The notes beneath the pieces were generated by a model, which worked only from the letters and a program-made list of their open reading frames with translations, was not told where the DNA came from and made no database searches. 64,000 nt of DNA, taken from Atractiella rhizophila (taxonomy: Eukaryota). The stretch is from positions 77,189 to 141,188 of the forward strand of contig MU271181.1 in assembly GCA_021432655.1 (NCBI GenBank), in the 5' to 3' direction. How positions within the stretch are numbered: position 1 is the first letter of the stretch; each line of letters opens with the position of its first letter. Below are positions 25,866-37,016 of the stretch, piece after piece. The translations under genes were made by a program, and so were the position numbers.

Positions 25866-26050
25866 TACCAAAGCTCGACATAGCTACCATCTTCATTCCC
25901 GAGGGGGATCAGGATTGCACCTATGGAATAAAAGGTGGTAAAGGACATCAACGCCTCCAGCCCATTTAATGTAAGAACGGGAGGACTCACTAAACGATGC
26001 AAGTGTGTACCCTGAGACTGACTTTGCTTTGGTGGAGGGGAGGCGAGCAC

Positions 26051-26287
26051 AAGGTGAGCAGGGGCGGAGTCCGTCGGAGTTAAAACTGGTCCACCTAGCT
26101 TTGAGCAAAGCACGAAATTGCCCAAAACGGAAGCGCAAAACTATTTGGACCTTGCGGTCTTCGGCCGCTTTCGCAAAACCCTGGCGGCGGCCTTGCCCCG
26201 TTTTGTCAAGATTTGCAGTCACCCATAAGCCACAAGGCCAACTAGGTCAACCAGTTTTAATTTCCACTGACTCCGACCCTACACCTT
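26051..26287. mobile_element. MITE-like element with ~40-bp imperfect TIRs
   Basis: Left end CAGGGGCGGAGTCCGTCGGAGTTAAAACTGGTCCACCTA versus right end (reverse complement) TAGGGTCGGAGTCAGTGGAAATTAAAACTGGTTGACCTA. No clear TSD. A related sequence occurs at ~57485-57640. Confidence 0.6.
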
Positions 26288-26342
26288 TCTGGCTTTCTGC
26301 ATTTAATCTGCAACCATCTCCATCATTCAATAACTTCACAAC

Positions 26343-28538
26343 ATGGCGGCTCCCTCCCCCAAAGCTGATCCTACTAACCTTCCCGTACAAGACACCCCAG
26401 CGAAGCCTAGCACTGGCTCTTCCCACAGAAATGTAGCCAATCCACTGACGGAGAACCCAGTTGCCTTCGAGTTTGCTTCCGATGACATGAAGGGGAAATA
26501 CGCCAAAGTGGATGTGGAAACACTTCTCCACAGGTTACCAAGGCCACGGGGACGTTTACCTGAACCGCCATCTGAACCACCGGATATGTCAGGGATTGAA
26601 ACCACGCATTACAACAATTTTGTGAGCACATTTGTCCGGTCTTAAAAGCGTTCTTATGTATCCTTGTAACATCTAGATAGAGTACATGGCTCCCTTTATC
26701 AATCCACCTTGGCAGCTCGTCAACACGAGTACCAAACTTGGCAGCGATTTCGTTGATGTGAGAGGCGTGAATGCTGTCAAACCAGACGTCACCCTCTATC
26801 ATTACCCTGGAGAGGAGAAGACTGTCATGAAGAAAGCCGAAATGTTCGGAGAGTTCAAGACGGAGTCGGAACCTGAGCCGTTTCGCGATGAGGACGATGG
26901 AGGGGTGACAGAAAATGAAGCGAGCGGAGCTAGATTGTCGCGAGGACAAATCATCATTTACAGCACCATCATTCTTTCTGCCCAAGAAAGAACGAGATCG
27001 TACTCGTTCTTTATTCGAGGGCACACCGCTCGCCTTTTTTCTCACTCCCGCGGAGGTTTCGAAGTGACGCCGTCTTTCAACTACGTCGAGACCTCCCATC
27101 TCCGCGAGTTCTTATGGCGCTATACGAACGCGTCTGCTGAACACAGAGGCCATGACACGACGATCCAGGACATTGCCGCGAACGACGAAGGCGTAGAGGA
27201 CGCCAAGGTAAAGCTCGGGGTCAGGATAGGCAGGCCACTCTTCAAGGTCGAAGTGGAAAACAGGACTTTCTACATTTCTCAGCCGTTTCTCTTTCGCCAC
27301 AACCAACCTGTTGGCCGAGGAACGAGGTGTTTTGAAGCCTACGACGTAGTCGACAAACGCCTCGTCCTTCTCAAGGATACCTGGCGACACGCTGAATACG
27401 ATTCGGAAGGCGAAATCTATAAGATCTTGCATAAGCGAGGCATCCCTAACATCCTGGGAGTTGTTGTCGAAGGTAATGTAGCTGGCGAACTTCAAAGCAC
27501 GCATCGATTGGCGAACGGCAAAGAAGATGGAAAGAAGTTCGTACATTATCGAATCGTTTTGGATAAAGTTGGAAGGCCGCTCAGCGAATTTAGCTCTAGC
27601 TATGAGCTCGTCAAAGGATGTGCAGATGCCTTCGAAGGTGAGCCGATCCAATCCTCCCCAGCACTGAATCTGATCCGTTGTGCACAGCTCACAGGGTCGC
27701 TTGGGACAAGCTCAACATGCTCCATCGAGATATCTCTTCCGGGAACATCATTCTTGGTCCTATTGAAGAAGGACCGAAGGGATATTTGATCGATTGGGAG
27801 TTTGCAAAGAAGGCAGGCGGCAGCATGAAATCCCAAGAGCGAACAGTGCATGCCTCTTCGATGAGTTCCAACGCGTCACTAACAGTGGAACAGGGCACCT
27901 ACGAGTTCATGTCTGCTCGACTCTTGAGCGCAATCCTCTCCGATTCCAAAATCGAACACAAACCAGAAGACGACATCGAGTCCTTCGTTTATGTTTTAGC
28001 CTGGACCATCATATCGCACGCACCAAGCAGTATGGACCAATCAACACGTCAGAGTCTCCTGGATAACTTCAGGAGAAGCCCTCAGAACGACATACGGACG
28101 ACGATTGACAATCGGACTGGGGTCATAACGCGGGGTGCGATTCCACTCGGACTCACTACGTTCCAAGTGAATGAGCTACTCGACGAACTCTTCGACGCCC
28201 TTTCTTCCCGTCTACTCCCCCGCACAACGTTGGAGATTCGGCTTCGTACTTTTATTCGAGATCTCAATAAGATGCGCAAGTTGGAGGTATCAGCAATGGA
28301 AGTGGAAAAGGAGGTTAAAAGGATTGCCAAGGATAAGATTGCAAAAATGGAGACTCACGACTTTATGCGGCAGGTGTTACAGAATGCTCTTGAGGATGAG
28401 CAACGAAGGTGGCGAGATCTGCAGGATGCGGCAGTTCCCCTAGAGGCTCAGCCACGGGGCAGTGGCAAGAGGAGAGGAGTGGCAATGGATTCAGGCAGAA
28501 GGAAGATGGCGAAGAGTTCTCTGTCTGCTACTGTTTAA
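26343..28538 (+). CDS. Fungal-type protein kinase (FunK1 / Pkinase_fungal), ~680 aa, 4 exons
   Basis: Predicted GT-AG introns at 26622-26676, 27638-27687 and 27846-27893 give one open frame. Motifs GRGTRCF, LLKDTW, LHRDISSGNII, GYLIDWEFA, RTGTYEFMS and HKPEDDIESF. Confidence 0.9.
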
Positions 28539-28821
28539 TAATACCTTGCAAACACGCCGCTGTAGAGCGAGTACTCGAGTATATTCGCAACAACTGGTAA
28601 GCGTGACACCACCGAGACTCATCATAATATAGGCGAATTTGATCGCAAGGCAAGGACGATTGTCGGATTCCACTGATTCCAGTGTGGGAGATGAATGATT
28701 TGGAGCCACGCCATGAGAATTTCAGTTCGTTCTTCCTACTATCTGGATAAACGTGAGGGAAGAAAGGTGAACCTGCAAATGGAAAGGGATCTTTTGGAAC
28801 GAAGTTCGGAGTATGTGTCAT

Positions 28822-30021
28822 GTTTCCTTGTAGGTTCAGGAAGGGGCAAGCATATAGGGTACAATGGGCCCTAGGGATGGCTATCGTACTGTATCGTCGT
28901 CTCAGCACCACTTCCGGAAGGTACGTGTCCCTGTCTCGGCTCGTATCGTACCGTAACAAATTTCCATTGTCAGATACGTACGAGTACGGCGGAAAACGGG
29001 AGAATACGACGGATTACGGGTTATATGGCACATAGCAATTTCATCACGTCTTAAGTATCACGTGTCACACTTTCGTCGCTTCTGACCAGCTCTGCAACGT
29101 CATCCTCCAATGTCATCAGCTCTATTTGCAAACTCTGTAAGCTGAGATTTCCAAAGGAAGCGCGCAATGTGATCCTGAGCATGATAAGGTCGTGTATCTC
29201 AGTATCTAGACAATGACAGCAAATACCTATGGTATCACAAGCACCAGAGAAGATGTGCTTGACTCCCACAGCACAACATATAGCACTGAAAAACCTGAAA
29301 ACAAGTGAGAACACTTTGGGGAGACACGTTCTGAAATAGCCAGAATATCTCGAGCCAGAAAAGACAAGTTGTGCAAGTTGTGCAAGTTGTGCTTTAACTC
29401 TTACTTCCAAAAGGAAAGTGGATCAGCTCCCAAGCCAGGGTTACATGCTTGAAGAGATGGTTAATTTCCTTCATTACTCTATTTTAATCTGCTCCCGCCT
29501 TTGGACCATGACCGATAGAAGCCAGATAATCGAGAATGGAGAGAGTCGAAGACGTTTATATGTTTGAGGAGAGGAAGGATGTGTTATCGGTGCGAGCGCT
29601 CGTCTTGTTTCATAAGCTGCAGCCTCAATGTGTCAGTTTTGTTGAAGAATCTAAGAACACTGAAAAGGAAGCACGGACCATCGCCTCCACTGTCCTCCTT
29701 TGTAACCCATTGCTCCAGCTGCAAATTGCCTTCCGCCACCGTAACCCGTAATACAACAGATTTTCTGGATGAAAACGGACGGGATGTGGAGGATGGCGTA
29801 TCGTATCGTATCGTCCCGAAGAACAGTCAAGCAGGACGGACGGGTACGGTACACATATCGGACACGTACGTCTGGGACGGTGCGATCCGATTGCCATCCC
29901 TAACAATGGCATAATTTATTTCATTCTGTTGTGCATGGTGAGGGAGGTGTGAGGGCTCAAAAGTGCGTCTTATGACTCATGCCAAGAGCTGATCAATCTT
30001 AGAGGATAGGATAGGATAGGA
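28822..30021 (-). mobile_element. Helitron 5'-terminal fragment split by a hAT MITE
   Basis: Starts TCCTATCCTATCCTATCCTCTAAG at 30021. Segments 29903-30021 and 28822-28870 together match mini-Helitron 316-462. Confidence 0.8.
28872..29902. mobile_element. Non-autonomous hAT element (~1030 bp), TIR TAGGGATGGC(T/A)ATCG
   Basis: 14/15 TIR match and CGTAT/ATACG subterminal repeats. ACAATGG flanks both sides as an imperfect TSD. Same TIR family as the terminus at 60737. Confidence 0.82.
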
Positions 30022-30758
30022 CAAGTGTGTCAGTGCCCTTGTCCCTTGGACCCCAGCCTCTGGTAGCCACTTCATGGGGCTCGCCTTCGGTGAGCACTGA
30101 CTCACCATATGTATCTGTGTTTTGGTATGACTCTTTCTATATGATTTCATGATAGGTCCACATGCATCCAAATGTGAAAACTTCTCTGTACACTATATTT
30201 TCTGTCCTCTTATTCTCTATCCCTTGCACTTGGTGTAAATAAACTCGAAGCAAAGTTGTCCATATGGAAAAGCTGGTATGTCCAAATACAATCCAAAAGT
30301 CTCCACTGACTGGCCTTGTGACTTGTTGATGGTGAGACAGAAGCCAATTTGACAGGGAATTGAAAATGTCGTAAGGTAAACAGAAATGAATTGGAGACCT
30401 TGCTATCCAATGTAATGCATGGGATGAGGACGAAGATGCCTGAATGTACTGTGATGATGGTAACCTCAATGATGTGGGAGAGCTGCCAGGTGATGATCAA
30501 CCATGTACCATGATAGAGCCCAGCTAAAGGATTGAGGCTTCATATTAGGATGATAGGACTCCAACTGTGAGATGAAGATGATGAAGAGTGAGACCCATTA
30601 TCTTGAGAGTATTAAGGTATTCAACTGTGAAGCCTCATTGAATGTTCTCACTGTTGCCATCAATCGGTCAGCACTAAGGTAGATTTGTTCCTGTAAGGAG
30701 ACAAAATGTGAAATAAGCTGATCATTTATCATGTCAACATCAACATTCTGGGCCATAA

Positions 30759-33700
30759 TAGGGAATGTATACGGGGTCCCCGTGACCCCATGGGGAAATC
30801 CGTCGCGGGTAAGAGTACAAAATCCCATCCCTACCCCGCCCCCTACCCACGAAGGATTCACCCGTACTCCCCTTGGGTGTACGGGGTTTCCCATGGGTAA
30901 CCCGTGGATGTTCGTGGGGGAAAGGGTACGGGTTAGACCTGTGGATGTCATGAGCAGAACCAAGGCTTTTAAATAAATTTCAAGCCAGGCATGTAAATAT
31001 TTAAATCACAGGCAGTTGTCAATCAATCAATAACAATTTCAGCAACATCAGCCGCCCTCTTCCGCTGTTGCCTCGCCTCCTTTCGCTCGCTGTCACTGTT
31101 CTCAAGGAGGTTCACCAACTCCTTCACATCTGCCAAGAGCCCATCCTCATCCCAAAGCTTCAGCATCAACAATGCACGGAATCTGGCATCCGAAAGTCGG
31201 TGACGAAGGTGAGTAACAGTGAGACGTCCATCCGAAAAAGCCCTCTCAACGTCGGTCGAAGAACCTTCAGGAAAGTTGTCAGAGTAATCACGAATGACTT
31301 CGGAGGAGAGACTAACACGGAATGGCGGAAATGTCCATGGCAAGCTCCCTGAACTTTTTCTCCTGCTCCGACCCAGCTGCCTTCCAAGCCTTGTAGTGGT
31401 AGCTCAAAGCATCTAGCTCATTTGTTAACCCGTCCTCTCGCAGGACAATGGCTTCTGGTTTCGCTTCCAGAAACTCTGTGAGGAAGTCCACTTCCACAGG
31501 AGCTCCGTTCAATTGCTGAATCATCGGATCGTAGGATGCCATCTTCATCTTCTTTTGTGGATGTTGGTCCTAAACATACTTCAGTCTGGATTTGTTGATA
31601 ATCAGGACATACTTTATGGCTCATATCAGCCTCTGCTGTATTGGTTACCGTGTAATACTTCTGATAGTACTCTTTCAGGCCGTTGACTGCTTCGGCAATC
31701 CATGCTGTTTCCCAATCCAACAGCTTCAAATAAGCCGTCCTTCGGTTTGGGTGAAGAACTATGAGCAAAATTGAGCAAGCCAGGCAATGGCACCAACGAA
31801 ACTAGATGCATACGAAGAGCCCAAGTGCAGATATGTGCCTCATCTGTTACCTTTGAGAAATACTTGTCGAGCAGCTTGTGGGCACGCTCTGCACCATTCT
31901 GAATAGCCATATGCGCGTCGGCGAAATGCCACTCACCATCCAACTGATAATCTTCATACAACCGGGAAAGGTGAATGCCTATGTTGTTAAACATTGGTAT
32001 CACACGGGCCAGATTTGGGCTGTCGGATTGTGACATCTTGTCGCTCGTCTCCTGAAAGAGCTAGAGTAGAATCCATTTCAGCACATTGCTTCATGCTTGT
32101 CATAAAGGACAAACGACTCACATCAAACGACGGAACAAGTTCATCCAAGATCGACCACTCCATCCCTGTCAGTCGGCATTTCTCCAGCTTCAGCCTTGGC
32201 TTTCCGCAGACATTTGCAATCGGCTCCCTCAGCTGCAGAGCACGATTGACCATTGCACCTTCACCGTTCCATCGAGTGGGGCAAGCACGAACAAGGTGAA
32301 TTGGCGGCTTGAAGTGCTTGAGCAATCCGGCTGGGTCGTCTTTCTGCGCTTGGAGAACTTCGGTTTCCAGGCTTGTGCGTATTGCATCACTATCCTCAAC
32401 CCTCTTGGCCAGATTAGTGATCTGATCCAACGGAATGTCAGTCAGAAGTTCAGTTGTAAGTCAGAACAACTGGGCAAACCTTGGTGAGTGTGAAGCGAGC
32501 TTCGCATTCCTGTTTCGCGGAGCATTCTGTTGCCATGATTTGGTTATCAATTGCCATGATGGCAGCTTCATCAGCCTGTGCTTCGTCCGAAGTGCCTGTA
32601 ATCTGGTAAGCACTGATGAACCAGACTCTATGGGACTCTCACCAATGATGTCTGCTTCATCCCCAAACCCCGACTCATTGATTTCGCGATCCAGTTCTGC
32701 TAATGCAGCTTCATCCAGAGCAACAGATGTCCCAACTCCGTCAACTGAGGACTTCTTGGTTACGGGACGCTTAAAGCGTGAGATGAATGCCTATGATCAC
32801 GCTATTAGTTCAATAGTGACACAAAAGGGATTAGTAAAACAGCTAACCTTTGCAATGAGGTTTAAGATATGCGGAAAGCATCTAACACGCATAGGCAATC
32901 CTCCCCAGCGCACCATCCGAGGGAACTTGTTGAGGTCAGCAAGGGCTTTCGTGAAGGTGTCGTTGTTTGAGGCATTGTCAGCGACGGGAAGGATGACCTT
33001 GTCGGAACACGTTGAGCAGACAGTGAAAGATAAAGGTCAGAAACATGAAGTCACCTTTTCACAGACATCAAACTCCTCAAGCACCTTGTAAACCTTCTCC
33101 GCAATGGTGATGCCCGTATGTGATTCTGTGATGCTGCCGAGCAGTTATTGGTTGCACATTTTAAGTGAGCAGTGCTAACCGGATCATAGCAAGGCCCGCC
33201 TTCTTCATTCTGCCCTTTTCATGATAATGGAGGTAAACAAGGACGTAGGAGAAGGACTGCGGCGACGTCCAGCCGTCGAGGCTGATGCTGCACATTCCCT
33301 TGATCAGCTGCGCCACTCATTAGTCACATTGGAGTGTTAGAGAAAAAGGTACTAACTTGCAGCTTCTGCCTGACCTTTCCCTTCACGTAGTCGTTGATCA
33401 CGGAGCAGTCATCCGCAACTTTATGAGGATCCAGGTTGGCAACACGGTCTGCTCCTCCATTTCCCACCTTAAGTACATCTCGATAGTACTTATCTTGCGT
33501 GATGTTGAACGGACGAGCTGATGTGGCACACCACAACGCTGTGTAAACCCGTCGAAGAAGAGCACGGCGCTCCGGAGTAAGGGTTTGTACCCAAAGCTCC
33601 TTTGCGCCGCTGGCAATCAGAACTGCTTGTTTCTCCTTTGCCGACTTGTTTGCGTCGTGACGCTATTCTCCAAACAATCAGACATTAGTGGCATAGAAGA

Positions 33701-34772
33701 AACCAGTGCGGACCTTGAGACATTCATCAACGCTTTTTTGCATCGTTCCCGTTGAAAGATCATCTCACGCCCACTCAAACCGATGCTCTTCAGGGTGCTC
33801 CTTGCAGAGAAGGGTATAGAAGACCCGAAAGTCACCAATAGCACCGTTCTTCGTCTTCTTCGCACATGTTCCCCGACGAAGGATAGGTCGCTCCTCGAAG
33901 TGAGAGTAGGAGCTGGGCTGCGTCGAATTCTTCTTCGTAATGGATTTGCCCCAGCGTTGGAGATCAAAATCTAGTTGTGGGAACGATCAAAAAATGATAC
34001 AAAAGCATGCCAGGGCTCACCAATGATCTCGTCATCCGTCCAAGACTTGAAATTCTCATCATTGCTTTGACTTTTTCCACTATCAAGCTTTCGAGGAGAT
34101 CGACGAGGCGAGCCACCTTCATCCTCGAACACGTCGAGGGCAACAGGCTGCAAAGTAGGAGTGATGTCTCGCCTTCGAGGCTCTCTCAAATTTTCCAGTG
34201 ACATCTTAATGCCTAAAGAATCTTTGAAGTGTGGCCAGGCTCCTCTCTTTATATGCCAGCTTCAGATGAGCTTTCATGCTTGTCCGTAACTCTTTGCAAG
34301 CCACTCATTGGAGTTACTGACATTCCAGTGAGACTACTAGCACTCTTGCAATTGCTTTTCGCATAGATTTCGCAAAGCTCTTTGGCCTTCAAGGAACTTT
34401 GTTCCAGACACGTAGTTTGAACAGGTCCTTACGCGCTCACCGTATTTGCGCCGTGAAGAATATTTAGAAGATATTGGTTCACATTGCATGGCCAGCTATT
34501 GCAAGCTCGCACCACCTCTTCAATCCATCCCTGTACATTTCGTTTCTTTTCCTAGTTCCCAGTTCCGAAACCGTTGGAGGTGGTCAGAACAGCCTTTGAG
34601 TGCACGGGTAAACAAGGGGAAACCCACGGGTTCCTGACCTTTGAGGAGCTTCCCCTACCCCACCCCGTGCCCATGAAGGGTGAACCCTTGCCACCTAAGG
34701 GTGACCCCCTACGGGTAGGGGGTGGGGAGGGTTGAGGGTTTGACGGATTTCGAAATCCGTATACATTCCCTA
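30759..34772 (-). mobile_element. hAT-B transposon, full length (4014 bp)
   Basis: Perfect 16-bp TIR TAGGGAATGTATACGG and perfect 8-bp TSD GGCCATAA (30751-30758 and 34773-34780). Confidence 0.95.
31023..34204 (-). pseudogene. hAT-B transposase, multi-exon, with at least one nonsense codon
   Basis: WCATSARPFNI, SLDGWTS, ADNASNND, RCFPHILNL, RACPTRWN, VLHPNRR and SSTDVERAFSDGRLTVTHLRHRLS. TGA at ~33765. Confidence 0.88.
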
Positions 34773-35474
34773 GGCCATAAGGACCACAAGCTCTTGAAAG
34801 TATGCCTCAACACGACTGGGTTGACATCTTGTGTTATGGTGCTCAGTCTAGGGTATATGTCAGTCAGGAGACCGTCCAGACCACAGGGTCGCTGGACTAT
34901 TGTTTGGTCGTTCATAGTTAATGGACTACGGCCACAGTCTTCTGGGTTATCTGTTCTGCCATTACCAACTGACAACAACCATTCAGCAAAGCCAGAGGCA
35001 ATAGCAAAGTCTCGGCTACTCATTTCGGCCTGATGACGGAGCAGGCGCATATTTACTGTGAGTAGGAGGACTCGAACTGCTGGCCAAAACGGACTGTTGA
35101 TGACACACGCATCGACGATCTGCGCACGTGAAGCTTTGGGGATGACTGAGTGGCATTGTCACATGTCGCCTAATTATTTATCAGACATGAACTCTTTGAC
35201 TTGATGCACTTACCACCAAGAACCAAATAACTCCACCGAAAGGTACAACCACCTCACACATATCTCTCAGCATCTGGTCAACTGCTTCAAAGCACCATCG
35301 ATGACTCATTCCCACTTCATCTCAAATTATCAATTCTGCCTCTCGGCAAAGTCAACCGTGGTCACTTTGAGCCGTAACGCTGCAGACAGAAGCAGCTTCA
35401 ATGTCCAATGGGATCTGTGGGCCGTTCGTCCTCCTTCCAGCAGAATAGCAAACAATACCGGAAGAGGCCATGAT

Positions 35475-35729
35475 GATTGAAACAGTGGTAGGGCTGATAC
35501 TCTTCTTGTTGTAAGGGGGAAGCTGCCAACTAGAGTGGATATCCTAAGAGAACCAATCTGGATATCTCACTCTATTGGCAGGGGTATTTATATACAGACA
35601 GCCACAAGTTCCAGAATGTTCCAGCATATTCCACCATTAACTCTATTTGCCACATGCTTGACAGAACCTTCTAGACCATTTGCCACATATACCAGAACAT
35701 AAGTCATCCTCCTGAAGCGAACCCTGACA
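35475..35729 (-). repeat. Possible solo-LTR relic
   Basis: The minus strand starts TGTCAGGGTTCG (the same 12-mer occurs at 39420) and contains TATATAAA. The other end and any TSD were not identified. Confidence 0.3.
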
Positions 35730-35759
35730 GCATGGCAGATGACCGAGCATTGCAACTCC

Positions 35760-37016
35760 ACATTTGAACTAGTAAAGTAGTAATCCTGCAGACCTCGGTC
35801 CCCAATGATATAACAGGCTAACAGGTCATGGCATGGGAGAAATTGCAGTGCTTCTTATAGGTGAACAATCAGGAGGTATGGCAGGTATCACAAGAGACAT
35901 TGTGGATAAACTTTGACGTCCTGATATGCTTTCCATCAATGTTTGCATCATATAGTCCCTTTTTGGCCAGCAGTTCAGTTCAAATCCTCTCTCTCACAGC
36001 AAATATGTGCCTGAGCTGTTGTCAGGCTGAAAGGACTAGCCAAGACTTTGCTACTGCCTCTGGCTTTGCTGAATGGTTGTTGTCAGTTGGTAATGGTACA
36101 ACTGATAATCCAGAACACTGTAGCCATGGTTCATTGACTATGACGGATCAAACAATAGTCCGGCAACCCCGTGGTCTGGATGGTCTCCTGACTGACATAT
36201 ACCCTGGACTGAGCACCATAATGCAAGATGTCAACCCAGTCGTGTTGAGGCAATACTTTCAAGAGCTTGTGGTCCTTATGGCCCAAAATGTTGATGTTGA
36301 CATGATAAATGATCAGCTTATTTCACCTTTTGTCTCCTTACAGGAACGAATCTACCTTAGTGCTGACCGATTGATGGTAACAGTGAGAACATTCAATGAG
36401 GCTTCACAGTTGAATACCTTAAAACTCTCAAGATGATGGGTCTCACTCTTCATCATCTTCATCTCACAGTTGGAGTCCTATCATCCTAATATGAAGCCTC
36501 AATCCTTCAGCTGGGCTCTATCATGGTACATGGTTGATCATCACCCGGCTGCTCTCCCATGTCATTGGCTACCATTATTACAGGCACATTCATAGGCACC
36601 TCAGCCCTCATCCCACGCATTGCATTGGATAGCAAGGTCTCCAATTCATTTCCTTTCACCTTATGCCAGTTTCAATTCCCCATCAAGTTGGCTTTCTGCC
36701 TCACCATCAACAAGTCACAGCCCCAGTCAGAGGAGACTGTTGGATTGTATTTGGACACACCAGTTGTTGTGCATGAATCACTTTATACAGGACTTCTCCA
36801 GGGTTTCTGACACTAAGAATCTTTAAGTTCATTTACACCAAGTACAAGGGATAGCGAATAACAAGATGGAAAATTGGTGTATAGAGAAGTTTGTTTTTCA
36901 CAATCGGATACATGTAGATCTATAATGAAATCATATCGATTCATACCAACACCCATGCACATACTTGTGAGTCTGTGCTTGCCAAAGGCGAGGCCCTATG
37001 CAGTGGCTGCCAGAGT
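35760..37016 (+). mobile_element. Helitron-4, internally deleted fragment
   Basis: 35770-35925 matches Helitron-2 ~24300-24450. The sequence then jumps to the helicase C-terminus (QFPIKLAFCLTINKSQ) and the start of the 3' hairpin module, and is truncated before CTRR. Confidence 0.85.

Larger units (their letters stand above)
30022..35470 (-). mobile_element. Helitron-3, 3' portion (helicase half plus 3' end), interrupted by hAT-B
   Basis: 3' end CACACTTG at 30022. Segments 30150-30750 and 34781-35470 are collinear with Helitron-2 20600-21930. Confidence 0.88.

Noticed and set aside
25866..26050. N-terminal remnant of retroelement B's recombinase
   Set aside because: Only a faint FIP..LHLW resemblance that requires frameshifts.
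26407..27651. Long antisense ORFs (also 32435-33091 and 48182-49555)
   Set aside because: These are shadows of real coding sequence on the opposite strand and carry no motifs.
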